52,685 nt of DNA from Hymenobacter sp. (GTDB lineage Bacteria; Bacteroidota; Bacteroidia; Cytophagales; Hymenobacteraceae): the NCBI GenBank assembly GCA_043738185.1, contig JAYSZD010001079.1, positions 1 to 52,685 of the forward strand, in the 5' to 3' direction. The notes under the pieces were generated by a model that was not told where the DNA came from, did not search any database, and worked only from the letters and a program-made list of their open reading frames with translations. Below, piece by piece: positions 9,352 through 19,109 of this stretch; the first letter of the stretch is position 1; every line of letters begins with the position of its first letter. Both the position numbers and the translations under genes were made by a program.

Positions 9352-9954
9352 ATGACAAATTACTCTTCTCCGGCCGCGTTTTTTATTCTCGCTGGATTAC
9401 TACTGGGTGGTTGTACGGACTCCGGTTCTTCAACCGAAAAAGAGAGTGAGAATGAAATAGCATCGACCGCAACTGCTGTAAGGACCAGCGGCACCCAAGC
9501 CGACTCGCTCGGCGGCATTCCCGGCCATAAGTTTGGCGAACCGCTGAGCGCTTTCCCCGGCCTGGAGCTGAACCCCGCGCAGCCGACGCCCGGCGTGCAG
9601 GCCTACTACTACCCGGACGGCAAGGGCGAGCCCGGGTGGTTCGGCAAGCGCAAAAAGGAGTGGGGCGGCGAGTTTTATACCCTGTATAAGTTCAAGGACG
9701 GCAAATTCGTCGCCTTTACGGCCATCGCCTACGGGGATGCACGCAAGGTCCTGCGCGAGCAGGCGACGTATTTGTTCGGCCCGGGCAAGCAGTACCCGAC
9801 CGGCACGAACTGGGAAGGGGAGCAGGTACTGGCCTACATCGCGCCCCAGCAGGGCATGAAGCCGGCCGAGGTGCTCGAAGTGCAAAGCCAAGACTTCGTA
9901 AAAGCCCAGGCCACGGCCCAGGCCGACCGGCTCAAGAAGGAGAATGCCCTATAA
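9352..9954 (+). CDS. Hypothetical lipoprotein
   Basis: ATG 9352, signal peptide ending in lipobox LLGGC. Confidence 0.7.
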   Translation: MTNYSSPAAFFILAGLLLGGCTDSGSSTEKESENEIASTATAVRTSGTQADSLGGIPGHKFGEPLSAFPGLELNPAQPTPGVQAYYYPDGKGEPGWFGKRKKEWGGEFYTLYKFKDGKFVAFTAIAYGDARKVLREQATYLFGPGKQYPTGTNWEGEQVLAYIAPQQGMKPAEVLEVQSQDFVKAQATAQADRLKKENAL

Positions 9955-10145
9955 GATTGGAGCTATGAGGAGCATTCTGTTCCTTACCCACGACAATTGC
10001 TTGTGCATATCCTTGGCAGCAGAGAAATAAATGGTGGCCGATGTGCTTCCGTTCCAGTGATTTAAGGCTGGTTTGCCCGGTGAACCGGCGGGACTCCTGC
10101 AACAGGTGTTCGCTGTATCGAAATGCAGCACACTGTGTGCGGAAG

Positions 10146-12515
10146 CTACAGCGTCATGACAAACCCTTGTCGCGCGGCTTTTTCAACAATAAGGCGCAGC
10201 CGGGAAGCTTTGTAAGCTCCGACAGGAGCCGGTTCGCGCATGGCTGTTCTGACAAACTCTACGTCCCGCAACGGCAGTGCCCGATGTTTTTGCTCCCATT
10301 GAAACAGGGCACTCACTAACTCCGGGGTAACCGGATAAACGGTCCCTGCGGCTTTAATCGGAGCTGCGGTCACCAAAGCTGACGAGCGTGCGTAAACTTC
10401 CTCAAGTAACTGTGGGTGCTTTTCGAGTATCAGGTCCACGACCCCGCGCCCGGTTTCAATTTCACTGTCGGTAAACCGGCGGTTTTTGGTGATGCTGCGG
10501 GCGATGCTATTACAGCGGTCACGCCTATGCGGGCTCAGCTCACCGGTCTGCCGGCCCCACATCTCCATTGCTTCCCAGGCTTCGGCACCCAGTCCGCGCA
10601 GGGACTCCTCTTCCTGCCGGCGCTCTTCGGCTGCCATTTCATTTTCATCCTGGCTGAGACGCTTTCTCTGCTGATGCGCGTCAGCCAAGTCGTCACTCAA
10701 CCTGTCCAGCAATGCTTGTCGCTTGTCATTGGGAAAGGGCATGGCCAGCAGGTCACCCCAGCAATCCTCCTGCTTGGCACGCTCACTGACCAGCTTGGTG
10801 CCGGCATTTTGAAGCAGAAATTTATCAATAACTGGCAGCAGCCGCTGAATGGTATCACGCAGGGCATCTGATATGGCCTGCTGCTTCCAGATTTTGAAAA
10901 GGTCTATCCGGCCGCCGGTTACGTGGTTGAGCCACGCCAGGGTGTAGGGGACAGTCAGAAATTTATAGTCTCCCGTTTTAGAAGCGCCCCGTCCATATTC
11001 TTTATCAGCTGCCTGAAACAGAATAAGTTTTGCTACCAGGTCTTCAAAGAAAACAGTGTTGGGAATGAATTCCTTATCTGTCTCTTTTTTCTTCTCCAAC
11101 TTTTTTTTCAGGAATTCAGAATAGTTTTTCTGAGCCCCCCGGGCCACCATCCAAGGCAGACCGTTCCACATATGCTCCATCTTCGCAACTGATTCTTTCG
11201 TGAATAGCTGCTCGCGGGGATTCTGATACTTGAAAGCTTTCTGACGGGCCGGGCTGGCTTCGCGGTTCAGCGCTACCTTGTATTGCCCCCGGGCCCGCTC
11301 AAAAAACCACCGCGTCTGGGCAGGAGAAGGCGCAACGGCAGGAGCCCAGCAGGAACGGGAGATTTTTTCCAGCTGGCGGTTGAAGGTATTATTAGCCGAT
11401 AAGTCGGCGGGATGAATACCGTTCTGGGAGTTGGCGTACATTGAGATGAGTGGCACCATCTCCTCCATTTCCTCGGGCCGGCGCAGCACCGTCAGCTTCA
11501 TCTGCACGAAAACAGATTCGATTTCAGCATCTTTATCCTGACGTTGCGTGCGGAATATGGCTGCCGTGGTCTGTCCACCATTGACGATTTGCAGGTCGCT
11601 CAGCTTGTATATCCCCCAGCCACCGCCGGGCAGCTCCCGGATGTCAGCCACTTCAGCCGTCGCTGTGATGCCATTGTTGTAGGCCAGAAAACGATGCGGC
11701 GTGGTGCGGATGGTCTTACGGATGGCCTGATTGACCCCGCCCGTGAAATCAAGAAAAGACCGGACATTCTGCTCAAGTAACCGGGCCCCATGCTCGGCAT
11801 ACAGTGCGGCCAGCAGCGTACCGGGCACAATGGCAAGGCAGGTCTGGTAATCGTCGTTATTCACCGGCATCGGCAGGCAGGACAGGGGCTGACTATAGAG
11901 CTGTACAAAATCTATTTCAATGGGTTCGCGCCGGTTATTACTTGTCCAGAGACGGTAGAAACGGTCCAGGTCCCATAGCTGGTACTGCACTATCGCCTTT
12001 CCCAGGGTTCTGTTGGGGATGACAGTGTCAGAGGTAAGACGTGCATTAGTCAGAATAAAAATCCTGACCCGCACCAGTTCCTTGGCATGGTCGAGAAGAA
12101 TCTGGGCCAGTTCAAAAATGGGTTCCGACTCGTCAATCTCATCACGATATCCATTGAAAATGTTCTTCAGAAATCGCTCCGACTGATTGGCCGCTTTGGT
12201 AACCTCATCCTTCGGAAAAGAGCGCAGTTCAATGCCCTCCTGAAAGAAAGTGATGAACAACGCCAGCTCTTCCAGATTCTCACTCAGTGCATACCCGTTG
12301 ATTTTATGCTGTATCTGCCGGGCCTTGTTATGTTTGATGCTGGTACAGACACGGGCATTTTCGGTCTCGCCGGCATCGGCCAAGAGGCCGGTAAGGTACT
12401 CGGTGGCTTTTTCTTCCAGGGAGGCACCCTCCTCTTCAGATTCGATGTCGGCCAAGGTGCGTACTTCCTGGTTGAGGTCGGACAGGAAGCGGAGGAGTTC
12501 GGGCTGGTCAGCCAT
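10146..12515 (-). CDS. AIPR family protein (MzaE-like)
   Basis: LLEQNVRSFL, FLAYNNGIT, LQIVNGGQTT, WFFERARGQY motifs; about 200-aa C-terminal extension. Confidence 0.9.
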   Translation of the reverse strand: MADQPELLRFLSDLNQEVRTLADIESEEEGASLEEKATEYLTGLLADAGETENARVCTSIKHNKARQIQHKINGYALSENLEELALFITFFQEGIELRSFPKDEVTKAANQSERFLKNIFNGYRDEIDESEPIFELAQILLDHAKELVRVRIFILTNARLTSDTVIPNRTLGKAIVQYQLWDLDRFYRLWTSNNRREPIEIDFVQLYSQPLSCLPMPVNNDDYQTCLAIVPGTLLAALYAEHGARLLEQNVRSFLDFTGGVNQAIRKTIRTTPHRFLAYNNGITATAEVADIRELPGGGWGIYKLSDLQIVNGGQTTAAIFRTQRQDKDAEIESVFVQMKLTVLRRPEEMEEMVPLISMYANSQNGIHPADLSANNTFNRQLEKISRSCWAPAVAPSPAQTRWFFERARGQYKVALNREASPARQKAFKYQNPREQLFTKESVAKMEHMWNGLPWMVARGAQKNYSEFLKKKLEKKKETDKEFIPNTVFFEDLVAKLILFQAADKEYGRGASKTGDYKFLTVPYTLAWLNHVTGGRIDLFKIWKQQAISDALRDTIQRLLPVIDKFLLQNAGTKLVSERAKQEDCWGDLLAMPFPNDKRQALLDRLSDDLADAHQQRKRLSQDENEMAAEERRQEEESLRGLGAEAWEAMEMWGRQTGELSPHRRDRCNSIARSITKNRRFTDSEIETGRGVVDLILEKHPQLLEEVYARSSALVTAAPIKAAGTVYPVTPELVSALFQWEQKHRALPLRDVEFVRTAMREPAPVGAYKASRLRLIVEKAARQGFVMTL

Positions 12516-12529
12516 CGGATATAGGAAAA

Positions 12530-13537
12530 TTAAGGCAGAGAACTGGTCAGCTCGGAAAACAAGTGCCGGTACGGAAGCAACGCGGCAAGCTCAACAGTGT
12601 AGTTGACGCTGCCGATGGCAGCAGGGATATCCGAGGCGCGCAGGCGGGGCATTGCCCCGGTTACCCGGAAGGTATGCTCGTGCCGGACCATAAAGCCCTC
12701 TGTTGTGTAAAGGCCGGACTGTGCATGGAAATAGCCGGCGAGTTGCAGACTGGACTGAAAATGAGCCGCCGCAGAGGCCTCGGCACGAAATATATCTGTC
12801 AGGGAGCTTACCAGTTCAGGCAGGGTCTCCCCGGAATCCGGCGCTACAGTCAGAGACAGGTGGTACAGCCAGAGAGCAGCCAGCGGAGCGTCATCAAGCT
12901 GGGCCGCATTGCTGACATGAACAGCCTGACCTGCACCAGTGGTCGTTTTGACTTCAAGGGCAACCGCCCCAAACCGGAAATCCTGGGGCTCCCGAAGCGG
13001 GCCCACCCAGGCAGCGGCTACCTCACCGACCGGCCGGCCGGCAGCTAAAAGCCGGCGTACCATAAACAGTTCTCCGTAAAGCCCCTGTCGCGCAATTGCC
13101 GTCAGGCCACCGGCTGGCACACGTCCAAACAGCTCCTGCCAGCCCGCAATACGGTCGAGGAAGGTTTTGAGCTGATTTGTGCAGTCATCCACAACGGCTA
13201 CTGTTTCCACAATGTCGTAAGCCAGCACAGCAAACAGGTCCCCTAATTCCGGCTCCGTCAGGCGCAGCGACACGTAAGCGAGCGCAGGGTCATCAGGGTG
13301 CTCGACCGGTTCCAGCACAAGGCCGCGGGGCTGGTCGCGCAGGCGTGTGTTACGGGCAAGGTAACGTGGCACCCGCAACAGCAGCAGCCGGGCAGGTGGG
13401 TCGCCGGCAGCAGTGCGAAGCAATCCGGCGAAAACAGGAGCGACTCCGGGGCCGGTCAGGCAGGGCAGCATGGTCAGCAATACCGGCTCCGGAGACCGGG
13501 ATTCCAGTTGCTGCCATAGGGTAGCGGGAGTGCTCAT
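12530..13537 (-). CDS. PD-(D/E)XK motif protein (DUF4420-like, MzaD-like)
   Basis: QGLYGEL, WVGPLREPQDF, LEVKTT, VSNAAQLD. Confidence 0.85.
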   Translation of the reverse strand: MSTPATLWQQLESRSPEPVLLTMLPCLTGPGVAPVFAGLLRTAAGDPPARLLLLRVPRYLARNTRLRDQPRGLVLEPVEHPDDPALAYVSLRLTEPELGDLFAVLAYDIVETVAVVDDCTNQLKTFLDRIAGWQELFGRVPAGGLTAIARQGLYGELFMVRRLLAAGRPVGEVAAAWVGPLREPQDFRFGAVALEVKTTTGAGQAVHVSNAAQLDDAPLAALWLYHLSLTVAPDSGETLPELVSSLTDIFRAEASAAAHFQSSLQLAGYFHAQSGLYTTEGFMVRHEHTFRVTGAMPRLRASDIPAAIGSVNYTVELAALLPYRHLFSELTSSLP

Positions 13538-16425
13538 ACGGTCGTTTCGGCCTCTTCTTCCTCCCGGTCCAGCTCGTCAGGGTAATCAAATTCCTGATGA
13601 AACTGGCTGTTAACCATATACTCAATGCCCTCGTCGCCCGGAATAGCCGGAAAACTGATTGCGTACCCCATGATGGGCGTGTCCGCGGCAAAGCCGCTTA
13701 TAAGTGTTTTGGTCTTGTAGTCAACAGGGTCCAGGGGATAGAGCAGCAGCAGAGCCTCGCTTGGCGGACGGCGTGCCCGGATGAACGGGCCACTTGGACG
13801 GTCCGGGTCTTTGGGGGGGTCAGGAACAGGCGAACCGTTCTTAAGCTTGGTCAGCTGTTTCTGATACTGTTCCTTCCGGAATTCCTTGGTCTGCTCACGC
13901 GCCTGCTCCACTTCTGCCTCCGACAGGTCGAGATATTCGTGCTCCCCGCTGATTATATGTGATTTGCTCACCATGTACTCGGCCCCGGTCGGTGTCGAGT
14001 CAGTCCGGGCAGTAGTGGTTACCTCCACAGAACTGCCGTTAATATCAAATACGAAGCGCCGCGCTTCAGCCGTATTCTTCTTAGCTTCAATGAGTGCTAC
14101 CGTCCAGCTGGTCAGATTTCGTTCCTGTTCTTTTTCCCCTATGTAACTGGTCAGTAGCACCTGACTGATATTATCCTGCCCGGTGCGGAATGCCCGCAGA
14201 AAATCCAGCACCTTGCCCGCTTGTACCCCCTGCCAGACGTAGGGCTGATTATTCACCGGCTCAGGTTCACCAAGTTTACGCAGCAGTGCATTGGTGGCTT
14301 CATAGTTACGGCTGGCACGGGCCGCATCACGGGCAAAAGAATACGTTTCAATCAGGGTATCGGCATAGCTCAGCTTCATGGGCCAGGCATCCCGCAGCTT
14401 GTTGGTGGCGGTGATTTGCAGCACCCCTGGCAGCGTCCGGACCTTTAGGCCATACTCACGGGGCGTTTTATTCTGATGCGCCATCACGTCAAACTGCCGG
14501 CGCATCTCCTCCGAGGCCAGCGTGATGTGGCGATACCACCGTATCAGCTCTTCACTGGTAAAGAGACGGCACAGGTCCACGTAGCCTGGCCGGTAGCCGA
14601 ACCAGCGGCCCATCTGCATCAGCGTATCGTACATCTTCGAGGCCCGCAGATAATAGCTGATGCACAGCCCTTCGAGTGTCAGCCCCCGGGAGAGTTTATC
14701 CCCGCCCACAGCAATCACGAACAGGCCCTTGACCTTCATTTCCTTCCGCTCATACTCCTCGTAGTTCAAAGGCCGGTGCAACGGCGCATTGCGGTCGGGG
14801 GTACCGTGGACAATACGCACCTCGGTGCGGGCCGCGGCCGGCCACAGATATGGTTTCACTTCCTCCCAGGTCTGTTCCACGACCCCGGGGTCATGGTACT
14901 GGGTGTCCATGTCAAGCACCGTGCGCGTGACAGGGCGGTAATCGGTGTCCCAGAGTTCATGCAGGTACTCTTCCAGCGGGCCTGTATTGGTCTCCAGCTG
15001 GCCCTGGTACTTTTTCAGCAGGGTGTCAAGCAGGTTGCCAAGCCGGTTCTGCCAGTCAGTGAAACGGGTAACGTGTACAAGCATTGAGCTGTGCTGGTCC
15101 TGCTGCCCCCGTGCAATGCGGGCAGCACACGACAGAATAAAATGACACACGGCATTTTTGAGGCTCGGGGGCAGGTCGTCGGGCAGGTTAACATCCTTCC
15201 TGTGTTTGTCCGGAATGAAATCTTGGTAATCATCAATCTGAATGCGGACAGGCAGCAGGTTCTTCTCCTCGTCATGCGCATCCGGCTCCCCCAACCCGAA
15301 CATGCGCTCCGGGCCAATATAATTGGAGGGAGCCGGGATGTTGATAATAAAGTCGCGGGGAAACAGGTCCTGACCGACCGAATATCCCTGGTCGCGGATG
15401 GTAATGTCCACCCCTGTGTAATCGGCCTCTGCCAGCAGGGGAATGAACACATTGGCAAAGGGAGTAGCAGTATAGCCTACATAAGCCCGTTGCTCAAACA
15501 GGGACAGCAGCGCGCGGATGGCCCCGTTAATAGTGGAAACGGCAGCTTTGCTGACATTGATTGAAGCATTATCAGCCTCATCGTCAATCAGCAGCATTGG
15601 CAGATTCGTAAGCAACCGCTTGTCGTCGGCCAAGGGCTGTCCCAGACCTCCGAGCCACTCAATGAGTGTGCGCAGCACATGCGCATTCTTTTTGACAATG
15701 GCGACAACCGGGTCCTTTCCGTAGAGCGCGACGTTCTGCGCCTCAGCTGCCCGGCGCGTAAAATCGCCGGTAATGTTGCTGGTGGTAATGGAGTGTACCT
15801 GCGCATCGTTACTGCGCAGGCCGGCTCCAAGCTGGTGCTTGCGCTGGCTGTGACGACCGATAAAGCCTTCATCCAGTCGCATCTGCGTCTGCTGACGCAG
15901 ACTGCTGTGAATACCGGTAAGCACGATAACAAGACGAAAACCGGCATCGGCAGCCTTGCATATCAGGCCGGTGTAATTACTGGTCTTACCGGACTGGACG
16001 TTGCCCACCACCATACCGCGGCGGTCAAAAGGCTTGCCATCCACCGGGTCGTGAAGACGGTCCAGAATGTCGTCGGTCAGATTATCCATCTGATTAACTG
16101 TATCCGGTGCCATCTTCTTATCCAGCAGCAGAAAGTCCCGATAGCGGTTCCAGAAGCGTGCCGGACGTTCCGCCCGGGCAGCACGTACCCAGGGCCGGTA
16201 CACATCCCGGTCTTCCAGAATACGGTAGTCATGCGAAATGACACTGTAATGGGCTGTCAGGTCGGCAACAAGCCGGTCACGGTCAACCCCGGGGAAAATT
16301 TTCAGCACCTGCTCCACGGCTTCGTGGATGGTTTCGGACGTCACCCTCGACTGAGCAGAAAGCAATGTGATTGCGATACTTTTTGCTTGTTCGTACATTT
16401 CAAAAATGACTTCAGAGTAAATCAA
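13534..16425 (-). CDS. Z1-domain protein (SF2 helicase-like + Z1, MzaC-like)
   Basis: GNVQSGKTSNY, LIDDEADNAS, YVGYTATPFAN, LSRGLTLEGL, YDTLMQMGRWFGYR. Confidence 0.9.
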   Translation of the reverse strand: MIYSEVIFEMYEQAKSIAITLLSAQSRVTSETIHEAVEQVLKIFPGVDRDRLVADLTAHYSVISHDYRILEDRDVYRPWVRAARAERPARFWNRYRDFLLLDKKMAPDTVNQMDNLTDDILDRLHDPVDGKPFDRRGMVVGNVQSGKTSNYTGLICKAADAGFRLVIVLTGIHSSLRQQTQMRLDEGFIGRHSQRKHQLGAGLRSNDAQVHSITTSNITGDFTRRAAEAQNVALYGKDPVVAIVKKNAHVLRTLIEWLGGLGQPLADDKRLLTNLPMLLIDDEADNASINVSKAAVSTINGAIRALLSLFEQRAYVGYTATPFANVFIPLLAEADYTGVDITIRDQGYSVGQDLFPRDFIINIPAPSNYIGPERMFGLGEPDAHDEEKNLLPVRIQIDDYQDFIPDKHRKDVNLPDDLPPSLKNAVCHFILSCAARIARGQQDQHSSMLVHVTRFTDWQNRLGNLLDTLLKKYQGQLETNTGPLEEYLHELWDTDYRPVTRTVLDMDTQYHDPGVVEQTWEEVKPYLWPAAARTEVRIVHGTPDRNAPLHRPLNYEEYERKEMKVKGLFVIAVGGDKLSRGLTLEGLCISYYLRASKMYDTLMQMGRWFGYRPGYVDLCRLFTSEELIRWYRHITLASEEMRRQFDVMAHQNKTPREYGLKVRTLPGVLQITATNKLRDAWPMKLSYADTLIETYSFARDAARASRNYEATNALLRKLGEPEPVNNQPYVWQGVQAGKVLDFLRAFRTGQDNISQVLLTSYIGEKEQERNLTSWTVALIEAKKNTAEARRFVFDINGSSVEVTTTARTDSTPTGAEYMVSKSHIISGEHEYLDLSEAEVEQAREQTKEFRKEQYQKQLTKLKNGSPVPDPPKDPDRPSGPFIRARRPPSEALLLLYPLDPVDYKTKTLISGFAADTPIMGYAISFPAIPGDEGIEYMVNSQFHQEFDYPDELDREEEEAETTV

Positions 16426-17887
16426 TCAGGTGCGGATAATGGCCGAATGGCTCCATAAGCGAGAGAAGCTTCTTAGTATCGGTGGCGGAGCGGCCGGCAG
16501 CTGTGAGGTCAGTGTATAGCCGACCCAGCAAGACCTTCACTTCTTCCTCTGCATTTTCATAGGGCCGGGCTTGGTCACGCGGCTTTTCCGCTTCATTCAG
16601 GGCAATCAGCGGCACGGGTACGGTTTCCTCAATCAGTCGCAGAGCGGCATAGATGCTGCTGCCGTCAGCCTGCTGCTTCAGTATGGCTTGCAGTAACGGA
16701 TGTTCCCGGTTCAGCTCATAGAAACGTTTGCCCTGCCGGATGCGCTCGTTCCAGACGGGCGTAAAACCGGTGTTTGCACTCCGCTGTAATTTCCGTCCCC
16801 GTGCCCGGTAGACATCAGCTGCGTGGGAGCGGGTATAGGAAGCAATTCTTTTCAGTTCGCCCCGCAGCAGGGCCGGCGGGCGGGCTACTGATTTTCGTAT
16901 ATCAATCTGCCAGGCAGCATCAAGTGTGTTAGGCAGGTCCACCATGATGCGGGCCAGCTTGTGGTGCTCGTCGCGCCGGAACATACCCAGCCAGTCGCCA
17001 GGCACCAGCAGCCGCTGGTTGCGGTAAATGTAGAAACCCTGGTGCGCGTTCCAGCCACGGATGCCGGAGGCCTCCTCAAAAACTGTCGTGCTAAGCCGGC
17101 TGTGATGCGGCAGCACGTAGGCCAACACCTTAACCATCCCTTTGCCGATTGTCTCATCCAGTGCAACCTGGCTGGTAACACCGCACTGCTCTTTATCTGT
17201 CAGAAACGGGTCCCAGGGCTCAAGTTTCCGCCCGTTGACGATGATAACCAGTCCTGATTCAATGTAGCGGTGGAACACCATAGAAAGATGGCGTTTCACA
17301 TCCACAACAGCCTTGGTAAACACCGCCAGATGGTCTTCATTCCCTTCGTACAGCCCACCGGTCAGTCGGTCAAGCTTTTCCCAGAAAACAATCGTGCCAC
17401 GGGACTGCTGCTCCAACTGACAGCGCAGGTCGTCACTGGACAGGAAAGTCAGCAGGCACCAGCGACGGGTATCATTGATATGGTCCAGGTCCCAGCAGCG
17501 GTAATTTACCGGGCCATCAGCCCGCTTGGTTATTACCGTGAGGCGACGGGCCTGCGAGAAAGAGGCTGTTTTGAGACCCAGCCCGAAACGGCCCAGGTCG
17601 GCAACCGAACGTTCCTCTGAAGGATGCATGCTGCCCGGCCGCATCGCTTCAACCAGTTCACGTTCGTCCATGCCATAACCATCATCGGCAATGAGCAGCG
17701 ACGATTCTTCACCGTGCCATTCAAATTTCAGTTCAATGAGCCGCGCGCCGGCAGTAATGCTGTTATCAAGAATATCAGCTACGGCGGTTTCAAGGGTATA
17801 TCCTATAGCGCGTAGTGTCTGCATCATGGAATCAGCGCGTGGAACGGCTTCCTCCGAGGGAACATTCGTAAAGTTCATATCATACAA
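16412..17887 (-). CDS. MORC/MutL-type GHKL ATPase (MzaB-like)
   Basis: GYTLETAVADILDNSITA, DDGYGM, LGRFGLGLKTASFSQ, QGFYIYRNQRL. Confidence 0.88.
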   Translation of the reverse strand: MYDMNFTNVPSEEAVPRADSMMQTLRAIGYTLETAVADILDNSITAGARLIELKFEWHGEESSLLIADDGYGMDERELVEAMRPGSMHPSEERSVADLGRFGLGLKTASFSQARRLTVITKRADGPVNYRCWDLDHINDTRRWCLLTFLSSDDLRCQLEQQSRGTIVFWEKLDRLTGGLYEGNEDHLAVFTKAVVDVKRHLSMVFHRYIESGLVIIVNGRKLEPWDPFLTDKEQCGVTSQVALDETIGKGMVKVLAYVLPHHSRLSTTVFEEASGIRGWNAHQGFYIYRNQRLLVPGDWLGMFRRDEHHKLARIMVDLPNTLDAAWQIDIRKSVARPPALLRGELKRIASYTRSHAADVYRARGRKLQRSANTGFTPVWNERIRQGKRFYELNREHPLLQAILKQQADGSSIYAALRLIEETVPVPLIALNEAEKPRDQARPYENAEEEVKVLLGRLYTDLTAAGRSATDTKKLLSLMEPFGHYPHLIDLL

Positions 17888-17942
17888 GAAGCGACTGCTA
17901 ATCTATGGCCGGCTAAATCACGCGGCATCAAACACAACCGGT

Positions 17943-19100
17943 TTACAACCAGTTAACCATGGTTCCCTCCCATGAGGGAGCACCCTGTCTGGAATAATAG
18001 TAGGAGAACTTTGCGACGATATCTTTGAGGAAAGGACTGGCAACCGTAGCGAGTATTTTATACTTCTGCGGGTCTCCAACGTCCTTCTGTGGTATCGATT
18101 CCAGACGTTGAAAATCTATAAAGCATGCCCCCATAAATAAACTCTTGGGCAGGAATGAGAACCTGTTAAACGTGGGTGAATTATACTTATCCAATACGCC
18201 CAGATACTTCCCGGTAAGCTCGCCTGCCCCGTCCGTTACTCCATCCATCTCACGCCAAGGTGTGAGGTGAACGAGCAGAACATATTCCGCTTTACGGGTA
18301 TAGTATTTCTGTCCTTTATCATCCGTTTTCTCAACCTGCATGGCCATATCGCACGCGGGTGTCATAACAATCCAGATGCTCCCATCAGATTGCTTCTTCA
18401 GGATATCACCCGTGTAAGCATGCTTTTTGACAACGGGTGAGATGTATGATTCCGCCGCATGAACGTCGGAAAATCCACCATGGGCAGGGCTGGCGCTCTG
18501 CTCCAGATACTCCATCATGTGCTGCGCCACATACCGCTTCAGGCCGTCTCTTCTCTCAGGGGCCAGCCAGTAATCACCGGACAGGGCCAGATGCTTCCAG
18601 AATATATCGTTGAAGTGCTTCCGGAACGTGAGCAGTACCCCTGCATCACCGAGCAGGTCCAGCATTCCACCACCGTGAATAGCGGTGATTTCCTGTAAAA
18701 TTTCCTCAACCGCGGTCTCGCCCTTTTTATAGATTTTGAAAAACGTGCTGACGTGGTCTTTCAGCTCGTCCAAATGGCCAGGCGTCCCGGTGTAAACAAA
18801 AACAGGAACCTGAAACTCCTTGAATATGAGTTGCACCAAGAGCTTACCACCCATGTCTGAACCCGGGTCGGCAGGGTCAGAACCGACATCTTCAGCCAAG
18901 TGAATGTCTACTATCGCCGCATCAAACCTTTTACCCGGTGTGTTCAGCAGCAGCTTGGCAGCGGCGAAGGAGTCAGCTGTTTCCAGCTTCATCACCAAGT
19001 CTTTGTCGGCCCAGTCTTCGTTTGCCAGCTCGACTGAATCGCGGATGTCATTCAGGGTCTGCTCGGTGTCCTCAACCACAAGGACGTTTATTTCTCTCAT
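17943..19100 (-). CDS. Response-regulator receiver domain protein with C-terminal TGDIL...TPACD domain
   Basis: VLVVED, AAIVDIHL (phosphoacceptor Asp), VYTGT, YKK; C-terminal YTGDILK...IVMTPACD...YYSRQG. Confidence 0.75.
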   Translation of the reverse strand: MREINVLVVEDTEQTLNDIRDSVELANEDWADKDLVMKLETADSFAAAKLLLNTPGKRFDAAIVDIHLAEDVGSDPADPGSDMGGKLLVQLIFKEFQVPVFVYTGTPGHLDELKDHVSTFFKIYKKGETAVEEILQEITAIHGGGMLDLLGDAGVLLTFRKHFNDIFWKHLALSGDYWLAPERRDGLKRYVAQHMMEYLEQSASPAHGGFSDVHAAESYISPVVKKHAYTGDILKKQSDGSIWIVMTPACDMAMQVEKTDDKGQKYYTRKAEYVLLVHLTPWREMDGVTDGAGELTGKYLGVLDKYNSPTFNRFSFLPKSLFMGACFIDFQRLESIPQKDVGDPQKYKILATVASPFLKDIVAKFSYYYSRQGAPSWEGTMVNWL

Positions 19101-19109
19101 CGCCGGAAT

